This document shows positions 10,401 through 19,574 of a DNA stretch of 64,000 nucleotides, piece after piece. Under the pieces are notes generated by a model, which saw only the letters and a list, made by a program, of their open reading frames with translations, had not been told where the DNA came from and searched no databases. This stretch comes from an uncultured Candidatus Saccharibacteria bacterium (GTDB lineage: Bacteria > Patescibacteriota > Saccharimonadia > Saccharimonadales > CAZARM01), in contig CAZARM010000001.1 in the NCBI GenBank assembly GCA_964487615.1, positions 32,226-96,225 of the forward strand, written 5' to 3'. A program made the position numbers and the translations under genes. Position 1 is the stretch's first letter, and each line of letters starts with the position of its first letter.

Positions 10401-11117
10401 ATGGGCTTCTTGGTCGTCATGACTCAAGTAGTGAGCATCGCAGGTAACGACTACTGGAATGTCTAACTCCTTACCAAGTTTCAACACCTGTTCATTGATA
10501 CTCTGCTGATCAGGACTATGCAGCGGGTTGTCAGGATGCCCGTGATCCTGAACCTCCAGATAGTAGCGATCCCCAAAAATACTTTTGTACCACTGCGCAA
10601 CAGTTTTGGCTTGTTCGTACTGACCTTGCTTCAAGGCATCACCAACCTCACCACTCATACAGGCGCTCATGACAATCAAGCCTTCGTTGTACTTCTCTAG
10701 CAGCTCGTGATCAATCCGTGGGTAGTAATAGAAACCTTCCAGATGGGCGATGCTACTGAGTCGCATTAGATTCTGATAACCGGTGATATTCATGGCTAGC
10801 AAGATCAGATGGAAACGAGCTTTGTCCTTTTGTGGATCTCTGTCGGTGTGACTGCGGGCGGCAACATAGGCTTCCAGCCCAATTATCGGGTTTATGTCGC
10901 GGGCCTTGGCTTCTTTATAAAATTCTACCGCTCCGGATAGGGTGCCATGGTCTGTCATAGCCACCGCAGTCATGTTTTGGGCTTGCACAAAGTCCATTAG
11001 AGGTCCAACTCGTGTCAGCCCATCAAGTAAACTGTACTGAGTATGGTTATGTAAATGCACAAAGTCTGAGCTTTTCAGCTCAGACGATGCGCTATTTTCA
11101 GAGACGTGCATAGCCAA
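7470..11117 (-). CDS. dnaE: DNA polymerase III alpha subunit
   Basis: 1215 aa. PHP domain N-terminus (HLHNHTQYSLLDG, MTDHG), polymerase core and OB-fold regions. Confidence 0.95.
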   Translation of the reverse strand: MAMHVSENSASSELKSSDFVHLHNHTQYSLLDGLTRVGPLMDFVQAQNMTAVAMTDHGTLSGAVEFYKEAKARDINPIIGLEAYVAARSHTDRDPQKDKARFHLILLAMNITGYQNLMRLSSIAHLEGFYYYPRIDHELLEKYNEGLIVMSACMSGEVGDALKQGQYEQAKTVAQWYKSIFGDRYYLEVQDHGHPDNPLHSPDQQSINEQVLKLGKELDIPVVVTCDAHYLSHDDQEAHEILLCVGTGSFLSDEKRMSLKDFPLHVETPQVIIKRWGKDNPDVITNTKLVADRCHVELDLGKILIPKFPVPRGKTEKSYLHDLVYRGLAWRYGGVSELQAADLSREEAQKTLPFEMVARAGFELNVIDNMGFNGYFLIIQDFINWGKNNGIVFGPGRGSAAGSIIAYGLKITELDPIQYDLLFERFLNPDRISMPDIDIDIQDTRRNEVIQYCIDKYGADRVANIATFGRMFARNAVRDVARVLQVPYVDADRLAKMIPAPFQGRHIPLEKSLKDDPDLRAEYESNEISRTVLDQALRLEGTIRSHGVHAAGVVIAPDEIVKFAPMEMAQKGVVATQYSMGPIEDLGLLKMDFLGLSNLTIIKNALRIVRKVYGDDIDVNKIPLDDKATYELFQRGDTTGVFQLESAGMKRYLKDLKPTVFEDIIAMVALYRPGPMQFIDEFIGRKHGLRQISYPHISMENALKNTYGVLVYQEQVMQISKEVCGFSGGEADTLRKAIGKKNAELMAKMKDKMIEGGQKHSEIDKTLMEKFWKQLEDFAAYCFNKSHAACYGLIAYQTAYLKAHYPAAFMAALMTSDYDDTDRLAIEIAECKHIGVEVLPPDVNESFVEFAVVPKTNQIRFGMNAIKNVGTAAVEEILRARQVGPFESLEDFFSKVSPRVVNRKALESLMKAGAFDRFGSRSHLLHNLDVFLAFANRLQKQASSGQTDLFGNLIEDQVRPQLIIEKPGSEIPERELLVWERELLGIYLSQHPLQSFETLLAEQTVPLNQLRAEHDGSSVTVGGAIVDVREITTKNGQKMAFVKVADSFHEIEFILFPSIYQQTTGIWERDRVVIVKGKVNAKDRDGNLIQDVKVMVDDAREVTLDQAAAYQATGKERKALKTRKAKKSASAILPMEPSLQANPRVYIRLTSSEDQQMLLGLKEKIDLHKGNTEVVLVLGPADQKQIIKLPMRLSASDDSIAELASVVGTDNIKVH

Positions 11118-11192
11118 GTTGTTACCCTCTTTGTAGTTATATTTTAGTCTACTTTGGGGTTAAAGGCACGGGTTATAATTACAGCTTTCTTG

Positions 11193-11447
11193 CTATTTGG
11201 ACATTAGCATCTGACGAATGTTCTCGATCACAGTGACGTCGCTAAATAAAGACAGTACCCAAATCAGCAAGGCTACCACCACGGTTGCCCCAATGACACC
11301 GCCAAAACCGCCCAAGATACCCTTTATAAACGTCATCTTATACGATTGGTTACGGTCAATGTAGCCAGTTTCGTAGATATTTGTGAGCATTCGGCCCAAT
11401 TGTTCGAAGTCTGTTTTAGCCTTTTTTGGGTTCGGCATGCTTACCAA
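11193..11447 (-). CDS. Small membrane protein, unknown function
   Basis: 84 aa with one strongly hydrophobic helix (GILGGFGGVIGATVVVALLIWVLSLF). No family recognised. Confidence 0.4.
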   Translation of the reverse strand: MVSMPNPKKAKTDFEQLGRMLTNIYETGYIDRNQSYKMTFIKGILGGFGGVIGATVVVALLIWVLSLFSDVTVIENIRQMLMSK

Positions 11448-11838
11448 CGTATTTTTTCAAGTGGTCAATGGCTTTTTTGGCCTCACTCATGGCCTTACGC
11501 AGATCTTTGTCTTCTGGCTCGCCTTCATGAAAGGCACTTAAGATGACTCGGACTTTGTCCCGAGCTTCTTGAGCCCGAATGATAGCCTCGTCCAGTCCCG
11601 ACTTGGCGCGAGTAGTTACATTCTTAGCGGTGGCTTTGGCTTCATCAATCAGGTCGTTCAGCTCACTGTGCATATTCTTCAATCTTTTTTCAGCATCGGC
11701 TTTGGCCTGCAATGCTTTTCTTTGTATGTCTTGCCGTGTTTCTTTGCCACTTTTAGGAGCTGTCAGAATACCAGCTAGGTAGCCTAGTCCTGCTAACAGT
11801 AATCCTCCTAAGGCTAGTCTGCCTGGTCGTTTAGTCAT
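11416..11838 (-). CDS. YtxH-domain protein
   Basis: N-terminal helix followed by APKSGKETRQD, the YtxH hallmark, then a coiled-coil charged region. Confidence 0.7.
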   Translation of the reverse strand: MTKRPGRLALGGLLLAGLGYLAGILTAPKSGKETRQDIQRKALQAKADAEKRLKNMHSELNDLIDEAKATAKNVTTRAKSGLDEAIIRAQEARDKVRVILSAFHEGEPEDKDLRKAMSEAKKAIDHLKKYVGKHAEPKKG

Positions 11839-11839
11839 G

Positions 11840-12106
11840 CTATTTTCCTTTCTTGTTATCGTGCTTATGCAATACCGTGTCGGCTATGTTACTAAGCAGT
11901 CGGCCAACCGAGAAGGTACCGCTGGCCCTAGAAAAGAATTCTCCAATATTTTCAGCCTGATCCATCACATTTTCAGCCTTGTCAGTTATGCGCTGGACGC
12001 TATTGGAAATTTGGATACATTTAGCCAGCAGGACAATACTCAAGACTAAGAAAATCGCCAAAAACGTGGACAACATTATCACCAAGATGGTTTCGGCATT
12101 CTCCAT
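11840..12106 (-). CDS. DUF948-family small membrane protein (YtxG-like); it often pairs with YtxH
   Basis: 88 aa with an N-terminal TM plus a helical region. Its placement directly upstream of the YtxH gene matches the Firmicute ytxGHJ arrangement. Confidence 0.55.
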   Translation of the reverse strand: MENAETILVIMLSTFLAIFLVLSIVLLAKCIQISNSVQRITDKAENVMDQAENIGEFFSRASGTFSVGRLLSNIADTVLHKHDNKKGK

Positions 12107-12164
12107 ATACCATCCACTATAGCATATTGCTATAACGCTTCAGTTGCGAGAAGTTGGACTTGTG

Positions 12165-13604
12165 TCACAAACCTAGTTGATTTTTGATTATATCCTGAGC
12201 CAGGCCAGGATTGGCTTTGCCTTTGCTGGATTTCATAACTTGCCCAACTAAAAACCCAATAGCTTTGGCTTCGCCGTTTTTGACATCTTCGCACGCTCTG
12301 GGATTGTCTTTTAGCACTTGAGCAACTACTGAGGCAATTTCGCCCTCATCAGAAACTTGCATTAGATTTTTAGCCTTGGCGATAGCCAAAGGATCACCTC
12401 CGCTATGGCTTAACTCTAGCCAGACTTCTTTGGCTGCCGTCGAACTGAGCTTGTTGTCGGCTACCAACTGAGATAAAGCAATGGCGGCGACAGGTGTTAC
12501 AACTAATTGCGTAGCCTCTGCATCATCAGTCATGGGCGCAGCATTCACGAACCAATTGGCGATTCTTTTGGCATGAGATTTGTCGCTTTGATCCAAGATT
12601 GCTTTAACAAATTGAGTATTCTCCGGTATGGCAACGAGGGTTTCGATTGCAGCTGGCTCTAAGCCAAGGTCCTGAAACAATTTGCGGTACTCACCTGGTA
12701 GCATAGGCATGTTATCTTCTGTGTCATTGATCATCTTTTCTGATATCACCACTGGTGGAAGATCGGGTTCTGGGAAGTAACGGTAGTCGTGGGCTTCCTC
12801 TTTGGAGCGCTGGGAGAAGGTTTTTTGTTTGGCGTCATTCCAGCCCCGGGTTTCTTGAACTATTGGCTCGCCCTTGTCTAACAGTTCTGTCTGTCGAGCT
12901 ATTTCATACTCCACGGCTTTTTCTACGCTGCGGAAAGAGTTTAGGTTCTTGGTTTCTGAGCGCGTGCCTAATACGGCAGGATCTTTACTGACGGAAACAT
13001 TGACGTCAAAGCGCATATTTCCGTGGTACAAGTCCGCTTCGGACACCTGAGCATAGCGCATTAACAGGTACAATTCTTTGGCGTATGCCTTTGCCTCGGC
13101 TGCGGTATGCATGTCGGGCTCAGACACTATTTCTAGTAGTGGGGTGCCGGCACGGTTTAAATCAACTAGACTATAGTCTTTGCCGGGTGGATGTGTGCTT
13201 TTGCCAGCATCTTCTTCCATATGAGCCCGTGTGATTTGAATGCGACGACTATAACCGTCCACAATAATATTTACGCATCCCCCAATAATTATCGGCTGAT
13301 CAAACTGGGTAATCTGATAACCTTTCGGCAGATCGGGGTAGAAGTAGTGTTTGCGGTCGAACTTACTAAACTTTTGTGGCTTGGTACCAAGTGCAAAGGC
13401 AGCTTTCATAGCCAGCTCTACGGCCGCTTGATTAAGCACCGGAAGAGCGCCGGGCATCCCCAGATCAATGTGGCTAATCAAGGTGTTGGGATCGGCTTTT
13501 CGGGCATCATTGTTAACCGCCGAAAACAGCTTGGTCTTGGTCTTGAGCTGCACATGACACTCGATACCAATCGTAGGGATGTATTTGGGCTGAGGTTTAT
13601 TCAT
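12165..13604 (-). CDS. gatB: Asp/Glu-tRNA(Asn/Gln) amidotransferase subunit B
   Basis: IGIECHVQL N-terminus, 479 aa, and a GatB/YqeY C-terminal domain. Confidence 0.95.
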   Translation of the reverse strand: MNKPQPKYIPTIGIECHVQLKTKTKLFSAVNNDARKADPNTLISHIDLGMPGALPVLNQAAVELAMKAAFALGTKPQKFSKFDRKHYFYPDLPKGYQITQFDQPIIIGGCVNIIVDGYSRRIQITRAHMEEDAGKSTHPPGKDYSLVDLNRAGTPLLEIVSEPDMHTAAEAKAYAKELYLLMRYAQVSEADLYHGNMRFDVNVSVSKDPAVLGTRSETKNLNSFRSVEKAVEYEIARQTELLDKGEPIVQETRGWNDAKQKTFSQRSKEEAHDYRYFPEPDLPPVVISEKMINDTEDNMPMLPGEYRKLFQDLGLEPAAIETLVAIPENTQFVKAILDQSDKSHAKRIANWFVNAAPMTDDAEATQLVVTPVAAIALSQLVADNKLSSTAAKEVWLELSHSGGDPLAIAKAKNLMQVSDEGEIASVVAQVLKDNPRACEDVKNGEAKAIGFLVGQVMKSSKGKANPGLAQDIIKNQLGL

Positions 13605-14076
13605 TATTCTTGATCCCTGCTTCCTGATTCTTGGTGTTCAGGGCTCCCAGATCACGCAGACCTTGACGGAAACCAATCAGCGCAGCTTTGACATCTGATT
13701 CTTTGAGTTTGACTTTGGTCTCGTCGGCTTTAAGTTTTTTGCACAAGTTATGCGCAAACCATAGATCGTCATTGTTAGAAAAATAGGCGCCGGCGGAGAC
13801 CATTCGCTCACCCATGCTCTTGCCTTTGAATTTGCGGCGCTTCAACGCTTCGTCTAATAGTTTGTCGGCGCTGAAGATAGCGCTGCTCCAGGTAGCCTTG
13901 TCTTTGCAGTAGGATTGCAGCTCGGTCCATTTGAATGCAAAGCGATCACGCTTCAAGCGTTTTGGCAGCCGGCGATATACAAATAGCAGCACGATAAGCC
14001 CAATCGCTATGCCTGCCAGCAGAAAGACTCGCATTTCCATGCTCAGGCTATTCAGGTTGATCAACTTGGCCATCAT
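13597..14076 (-). CDS. Membrane-anchored protein of unknown function inserted between gatA and gatB
   Basis: 159 aa. Its start overlaps the gatA stop (ATGA) and its stop overlaps the gatB start by 8 nt, which suggests translational coupling. One N-terminal TM. No family recognised. Confidence 0.55.
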   Translation of the reverse strand: MMAKLINLNSLSMEMRVFLLAGIAIGLIVLLFVYRRLPKRLKRDRFAFKWTELQSYCKDKATWSSAIFSADKLLDEALKRRKFKGKSMGERMVSAGAYFSNNDDLWFAHNLCKKLKADETKVKLKESDVKAALIGFRQGLRDLGALNTKNQEAGIKNNE

Positions 14077-15503
14077 CCCGCCAACTCCTCGGTTTGCTTT
14101 GCTAACTCCAGTAAGGTGCGGTCAGATTTTTGCGGTGCGATTATCTGCAATCCGACGGGCAGGTTGCCGACATTTCCCACGGGCACACTGATAGCTGGTA
14201 CGCCGACCAGGCTTGGCGCAACCGTCATTATATCTTGGAGGTACATCTGTAATGGTTCATTGCTGTTGCTCCCAATTTCAAAGGCCGTGGTGGGTGCCAC
14301 TGGCCCAACTAGGAAATCCACATGGGCGAACGCAGCTTCAAACTCTTTGATTAGTTTTGTTCTGAGCTGCTGGGCTTTTTTATAATACGCATCGTAGTAG
14401 CCGCTACTGAGTACGTAGGTGCCGATCATGATACGCCGCTTGGCCTCTTGGCCAAAGCCTTGTGATCTGGACATACTGAAGCTTTCTTCCAAAGTCTTGG
14501 CTCCAGCGTGGCTGTAACCATAGCGCTGGCCATCATAACGGCTAAGGTTACTGCTGACCTCAGCTGGCATAATAATGTAATAACAGGCCAAACTTAGTGG
14601 CAAGGAAGGCAGACTGACTTCCGCGACAGTGGCGCCCGCGGCTTTGAGTTTATCAACGGCTTGTTCGATCTGCCGTTTGACGCTTGGGTCGACGCCTTCA
14701 CCCATATACTCCTTGATAACACCGATTCTCAGAGACTTGAGGTCAGAGTTCAGAGTCTTGAGGGTGTAGCCTTGGGGGTCGCGGTCTATGCTGGTCGAGT
14801 CTAGATCGTCTTTGCCGGCCATAACGTCCAGTACCAGTGCGGCATCTTCGACGTTGCGCGTCAGCGGTCCGATGACATCAGTGCTGCTGGCCATGGCTAT
14901 TACCCCACTGCGAGACACCAGACCATAGGTCGGTTTCAGGCCGACTGCCCCACAAAAGCTGGCCGGTTGGCGAATGGAACCGCCGGTGTCTGTACCGACC
15001 GCAAACGGCACCATGTCCAGTATCACAGCCGCTGCCGAACCACCAGATGATCCTCCCGGCACCCGTGAGGCATCATGAGGATTTTTAGTGATCATTAGGT
15101 CGCTATTCTCGGTACTACCACCGTGAGCAAAGGCGTCTAGGTTGGCCTTGGCCACCACAATGGCGCCCTCAGCTTCTAATTTCTCAATAGCTGTTGCTTG
15201 GTAAGGTGCCTCAAAGCCTTTCAAGATATTGCTGGCGGCAGTCGTTTCGGACCCAAAGGTCAGGAAGTTATCTTTGGCAATGAAGGGTACACCGACCAGG
15301 CGACCCACCTTTTGGCCCTTGGACACACGCTCATCAATATCTATGGCCCGCTGCCTGGCTCGTTTGGCGGTGGTGGCTATAACGGCATTAAACTCTGCTT
15401 TATCATCAATGGTCTTCAGGGCTTGCTCGACAAGGTCAACGGCCCTAAGCTCGCCGGCCTGAACCTTTGCAGCAATATCAGCAATAGCGGTCCACTGACT
15501 CAC
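14073..15503 (-). CDS. gatA: Glutamyl-tRNA(Gln) amidotransferase subunit A
   Basis: Amidase signature GGSSGGSAAAV. 476 aa. Confidence 0.95.
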   Translation of the reverse strand: MSQWTAIADIAAKVQAGELRAVDLVEQALKTIDDKAEFNAVIATTAKRARQRAIDIDERVSKGQKVGRLVGVPFIAKDNFLTFGSETTAASNILKGFEAPYQATAIEKLEAEGAIVVAKANLDAFAHGGSTENSDLMITKNPHDASRVPGGSSGGSAAAVILDMVPFAVGTDTGGSIRQPASFCGAVGLKPTYGLVSRSGVIAMASSTDVIGPLTRNVEDAALVLDVMAGKDDLDSTSIDRDPQGYTLKTLNSDLKSLRIGVIKEYMGEGVDPSVKRQIEQAVDKLKAAGATVAEVSLPSLPLSLACYYIIMPAEVSSNLSRYDGQRYGYSHAGAKTLEESFSMSRSQGFGQEAKRRIMIGTYVLSSGYYDAYYKKAQQLRTKLIKEFEAAFAHVDFLVGPVAPTTAFEIGSNSNEPLQMYLQDIMTVAPSLVGVPAISVPVGNVGNLPVGLQIIAPQKSDRTLLELAKQTEELAG

Positions 15504-15793
15504 GTGAGCATTCTCCTGACTTTGATGTGGCTGCCTTCGGTGGCCGGAGCATTCTTTAGCAGTGATCTTTGGTCCGCACCATAGTCTTTCTCCACATCAG
15601 GCCGCATAACGTTTACTAGTCCTGTTACCTGAGAGGTGGGCTCTAAACCTTCCAAATCTACTGCTTGTAGTTGTTGGACGTAAGCTAGGATGGCACTGAT
15701 CTCGTCTGTGAAGTGAGCCACTTCATCGTCAGTGAGGTGCAGTCGGGCCAAAGTGGCCAATTTTAATACATCTGCTTTGCTCAACTTAGTCAT
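15500..15793 (-). CDS. gatC: Glutamyl-tRNA(Gln) amidotransferase subunit C
   Basis: 97 aa. The start is adjacent to and overlaps gatA. Typical GatC helical sequence. Confidence 0.85.
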   Translation of the reverse strand: MTKLSKADVLKLATLARLHLTDDEVAHFTDEISAILAYVQQLQAVDLEGLEPTSQVTGLVNVMRPDVEKDYGADQRSLLKNAPATEGSHIKVRRMLT

Positions 15794-15897
15794 ATGTTAC
15801 CCAAGTATAACAGAGACGAAAATTTTCTGCTTTACAAAGAAATATCCAGGGACTACGCTAATGATAAGTATAAATCTCACTTAGACAAAGGAAAAAG

Positions 15898-17004
15898 ATG
15901 TCTTCAATAGAGAAGGACGACTTCGGTGAACAGGCCGAAGGCCAAACTAATATAATCCAAACACCTCCGGCTGCGTATGGAGGTTTTTTATTAGAAAGAC
16001 CCGTACCACAGTTTGACTTAGAAGTTGTTGAAAGGAAGCTAGTCTGGCAAGCCAAGATACGGGATATTGGCTACTTTACGCGAGAGTTGGTTACTTTTAA
16101 TGATGGAACTCAGTACGAGGATCAACGATCAATGCCTGATAAAACCCGTTTCGATGTTGGCGCTACGATGACTACCCCTTGGTGTACGCGTATACCTGGC
16201 TACCCGACAGAGGTACAGAAGCTCCTGGCAGCACAAGGTATTGCATCGGACTTGGTTGGACCTCCGGAATTTCCTGTGAGTTTATTTTCGCCTCGTAAAA
16301 CTTTAAATATGCTCTCGAATATAAGACACTATGTGAGTAATTCGCATGATGCTGCCGCTCAGCTGACACTGGCACGAGATGCTGCTACTGCTGGGATGTT
16401 CGACGAGGAGACTTTAATGGCCCTGGGTTATTCTCGCGGTTGGATGATTGGCTGGGATCTATTGGCTCAAGATGAGCAGTTTGGATTTGATATCATCTAT
16501 TCGGATGGCACAGACCCATGTCTGGTAGTCAAAGCGAACCAAGATGATTTGAATATTACAGATCGAGATACCTACACCTACCTACCCCGCGAAGTTGCCG
16601 CGGCAATATATGCTATTCAGAACCATAGTTTGGCAGAAATTAAAGATCTGGTAAAAACCCTGCATGGCATGCCCAAATTCCTACAGCACGTTGCCGTAGG
16701 GTTTGCATTGTTCGAGGGACAAGCCGGCTGGCAAATCCCGAATATTCAAAAAGACAAAGTAGGTGTGGTGCGCTTATATGATAAAAGTCTCGGAAACCAG
16801 CGCGAGATATTAAAAACAGTCTTGGCAAGCTTCCCTAACCTTTACCTTATCGACCGTGAAGGGCTTCATGCATCGGGTATGCACCCAAATGTTCGAAAAG
16901 CAGCTGTAGGACGCATTGTTCTAGCACAAAATCTCCACGCTGAGGGTGTACCGCTAGAAAGCGTTGACTTCGGCAGCCTAGCGGCCTTGCCCATAGCAGC
17001 TTAA
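15898..17004 (+). CDS. Hypothetical protein. It carries a GYSRG pentapeptide that fits the GxSxG nucleophile-elbow pattern, so it may be an alpha/beta-hydrolase-like protein.
   Basis: 368 aa. Only the GxSxG-like motif was recognised. No confident family. Confidence 0.4.
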   Translation: MSSIEKDDFGEQAEGQTNIIQTPPAAYGGFLLERPVPQFDLEVVERKLVWQAKIRDIGYFTRELVTFNDGTQYEDQRSMPDKTRFDVGATMTTPWCTRIPGYPTEVQKLLAAQGIASDLVGPPEFPVSLFSPRKTLNMLSNIRHYVSNSHDAAAQLTLARDAATAGMFDEETLMALGYSRGWMIGWDLLAQDEQFGFDIIYSDGTDPCLVVKANQDDLNITDRDTYTYLPREVAAAIYAIQNHSLAEIKDLVKTLHGMPKFLQHVAVGFALFEGQAGWQIPNIQKDKVGVVRLYDKSLGNQREILKTVLASFPNLYLIDREGLHASGMHPNVRKAAVGRIVLAQNLHAEGVPLESVDFGSLAALPIAA

Positions 17005-18968
17005 AGTTTCTTTTTTATATCGTTGATGATATCGCGGAGTTCGGCGGCTTTTTCGAACTCCAGGTTAGCGGCAGCCAGGTCCATTTGACTAGTTAGGTCT
17101 TTGATCAGGTGGCCGTACTCATCTTTGGGGATTTTGTTTAGATTGAGCTTGGCTCGCTTGGCTTCTTCTGGCAGATCAGGTCGCATGCCCTTTTCTATGG
17201 CTTTGGCAATGCCAGTTGGTGTAATCCCGTGTTCTTTGTTGTAGGCTTCCTGGATTTTACGGCGGCGGGTAGTTTCGTCCAGGGTGCGCTGCATGCTCTT
17301 GGTAACATGGTCTGCATACATGATGACTCGTCCTTCAACGTGGCGAGCAGCACGGCCGACAGTCTGGATTAAAGCCTGTTCGCTACGCAGAAATCCCTCT
17401 TTGTCCGCGTCTAGGATGGCGACCAGCGAGACTTCTGGCAGGTCCAAACCTTCACGCAGCAAGTTGATACCAACTACAACGTCATATACGCCAAGACGCA
17501 AATCGCGCAAGATGTCGGTACGGTCTAGAGTGTCCACATCGCTGTGCAGATAGGTTACTTTAATATTAATTTCTTTGAGGTAGTCTGTTAGGTCCTCTGA
17601 CATGCGCTTGGTTAGCGTAGTGACCAGCACACGCTGGCGTTTATCGATGGTGTCTTTGATTTCGCTGAGCAAGTCGTCTATCTGGCCCTCAATCGGCCGG
17701 ACTTCGATTGGCGGATCAATGAGCCCCGTAGGACGAATGACCTGCTGGGCTGGTGGCTTGAGACTACGCGACAGCTCATACTCGGCTGGTGTGGCGCTGA
17801 CATAGACTACCTTATTAACGTGTTTTTCAAATTCTATGAAGGTTAATGGCCGATTGTCCAGGGCGCTGGGCAGTCTGAAGCCATGCTCGACTAGTACTTC
17901 TTTGCGTGCCCGGTCACCGTTGTACATGCCCCGTACCTGGGGCATGGACATGTGCGACTCATCAACAAAAAGCAGGTAGTCATCTGGAAAATAGTCCAGT
18001 AGCGTCGCTGGCTGTTCGCCAGGTTCGCGATTAGTTAGATATCGGCTGTAGTTTTCTATACCCTTCACAAAACCGGTTTCTTCTAACATCTCTAGATCAA
18101 ACTTAGTTCGTTGCTGCAGTCGCTGGGCTTCCAGTAACAAGCCGTGTTTATTGAAGTATCCAAGCCTCTCGTCAAGCTCGTGTTCAATCTTGCCTAAAGC
18201 TACCTTGAGTTTATCCTGCGGTGTCACGTAGTGGCTGCCGGGAAATATCCTCAACTCATCTATAGTCGCCAGGATTTCACCAGTTAATGGATCTATCCTG
18301 GTAATACGCTCGACTTCGTCGCCAAAAAACTCGATACGATATGCTAGTTCTTCACCGGCTGGGAAAACATCGACTACATCGCCGCGCACGCGGAATGTTC
18401 CCCGATGGAAGTCAATGTCATTGCGAGCGTATTGAATGTCCGTTAAGTGGCGCAGGAACTTATCCCTAATTCGTCGCTCCCCACGTTTAACGGTAATGGC
18501 CATGTCGCCATAGTCTTCTACTGAGCCAATTCCGTAAATACAGCTGACGCTGGCCACGATAATTACATCCCGGCGGGACAGCAAGGCATCTGTAGCCGCG
18601 TGGCGCAAACGGTCGATCTCTTCATTGATCTGGGAATCTTTTTCTATGTACGTATCAGAGCGCGGAATGTAGGCTTCCGGCTGGTAGTAATCAAAATAGC
18701 TAACAAAGTAGTGCACGGCGTTGTCCGGAAAGAAGTTCCGGAACTCATTGTAAAGCTGGGCCGCTAGGGTTTTATTATGTGACAATACTAGGGTCGGCTT
18801 CTGGATGTTCTCAATTACATTAGCCATCGTAAAGGTCTTGCCCGAGCCGGTGACACCTAGCAGCACCTGTTCCTTGACTTCCTTCTGCAAATTCTCAGTC
18901 AGCTGAGCAATGGCTGATGGCTGATCACCCATTGGCTGATAGTCAGATTTTAGACTGAAAGAGGTCAT
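17001..18968 (-). CDS. uvrB: Excinuclease ABC subunit B
   Basis: 655 aa. [10 protein letters not shown] Walker A, helicase motifs and a C-terminal UvrB/UvrC interaction coiled coil. Confidence 0.95.
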   Translation of the reverse strand: MTSFSLKSDYQPMGDQPSAIAQLTENLQKEVKEQVLLGVTGSGKTFTMANVIENIQKPTLVLSHNKTLAAQLYNEFRNFFPDNAVHYFVSYFDYYQPEAYIPRSDTYIEKDSQINEEIDRLRHAATDALLSRRDVIIVASVSCIYGIGSVEDYGDMAITVKRGERRIRDKFLRHLTDIQYARNDIDFHRGTFRVRGDVVDVFPAGEELAYRIEFFGDEVERITRIDPLTGEILATIDELRIFPGSHYVTPQDKLKVALGKIEHELDERLGYFNKHGLLLEAQRLQQRTKFDLEMLEETGFVKGIENYSRYLTNREPGEQPATLLDYFPDDYLLFVDESHMSMPQVRGMYNGDRARKEVLVEHGFRLPSALDNRPLTFIEFEKHVNKVVYVSATPAEYELSRSLKPPAQQVIRPTGLIDPPIEVRPIEGQIDDLLSEIKDTIDKRQRVLVTTLTKRMSEDLTDYLKEINIKVTYLHSDVDTLDRTDILRDLRLGVYDVVVGINLLREGLDLPEVSLVAILDADKEGFLRSEQALIQTVGRAARHVEGRVIMYADHVTKSMQRTLDETTRRRKIQEAYNKEHGITPTGIAKAIEKGMRPDLPEEAKRAKLNLNKIPKDEYGHLIKDLTSQMDLAAANLEFEKAAELRDIINDIKKKL

Positions 18969-19001
18969 CGCTACATTGTATCAAGACACCGGGTTTATGT
19001 C

Positions 19002-19574
19002 TTAGGCGTATAGCCTACGGTACTTTTTGTGATCTTCATCAAGAATATCTACTAATTGGGCTATCAAATTTTCAGCATTGTCATCAAATATCACTCCTCC
19101 GCCTCGGCCCTCGCCAGCGGCGTGCAGGATGTCCATGATTTCTGTACTTATACCTCCACCACCGGCTAGGAAGCCAATCGGCGTATCAGTCTCAATAGCA
19201 ATCGTAAATTCATGCAATGTGCCTATACGACCACCAATACTAACCACGGCGTCAGCCGAATTTATCAGTACTGTGTCCCGTCCAACATAGTGCAAGCCGG
19301 TATACAAAATGGTGTCATAAGCATCAGTGGGCAAACGGTATTTCAAAACATGCTCAATCTTGCTAGATGCTGGGCTGATGCCGACGCTCATCAGACCCCC
19401 AGCTTTTTTATAAGCCTCAGCCGCATAATTAGGTAGTCCAATCGTGGCCCCAGTCATTAGACTATGACCAGACTTGGCTAAAGCGACACCTACCGACTCG
19501 GCTAACATCATACCTTCGGCTACGCTCTCACCTTTTGAGGCACCGCTAACACAAATTTGATATTTAGAGCTCAT
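19002..19574 (-). CDS. TIGR00725-family / LOG-like (SLOG) Rossmann-fold protein; possibly a nucleotide N-glycosidase
   Basis: ICVSGAS...GATIGLPNYAAEAYKKAGGLMSVGISP and VSIGGRIGTLHEF match the TIGR00725/LOG GGGxG...PGGxGTxxE pattern. Confidence 0.65.
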   Translation of the reverse strand: MSSKYQICVSGASKGESVAEGMMLAESVGVALAKSGHSLMTGATIGLPNYAAEAYKKAGGLMSVGISPASSKIEHVLKYRLPTDAYDTILYTGLHYVGRDTVLINSADAVVSIGGRIGTLHEFTIAIETDTPIGFLAGGGGISTEIMDILHAAGEGRGGGVIFDDNAENLIAQLVDILDEDHKKYRRLYA

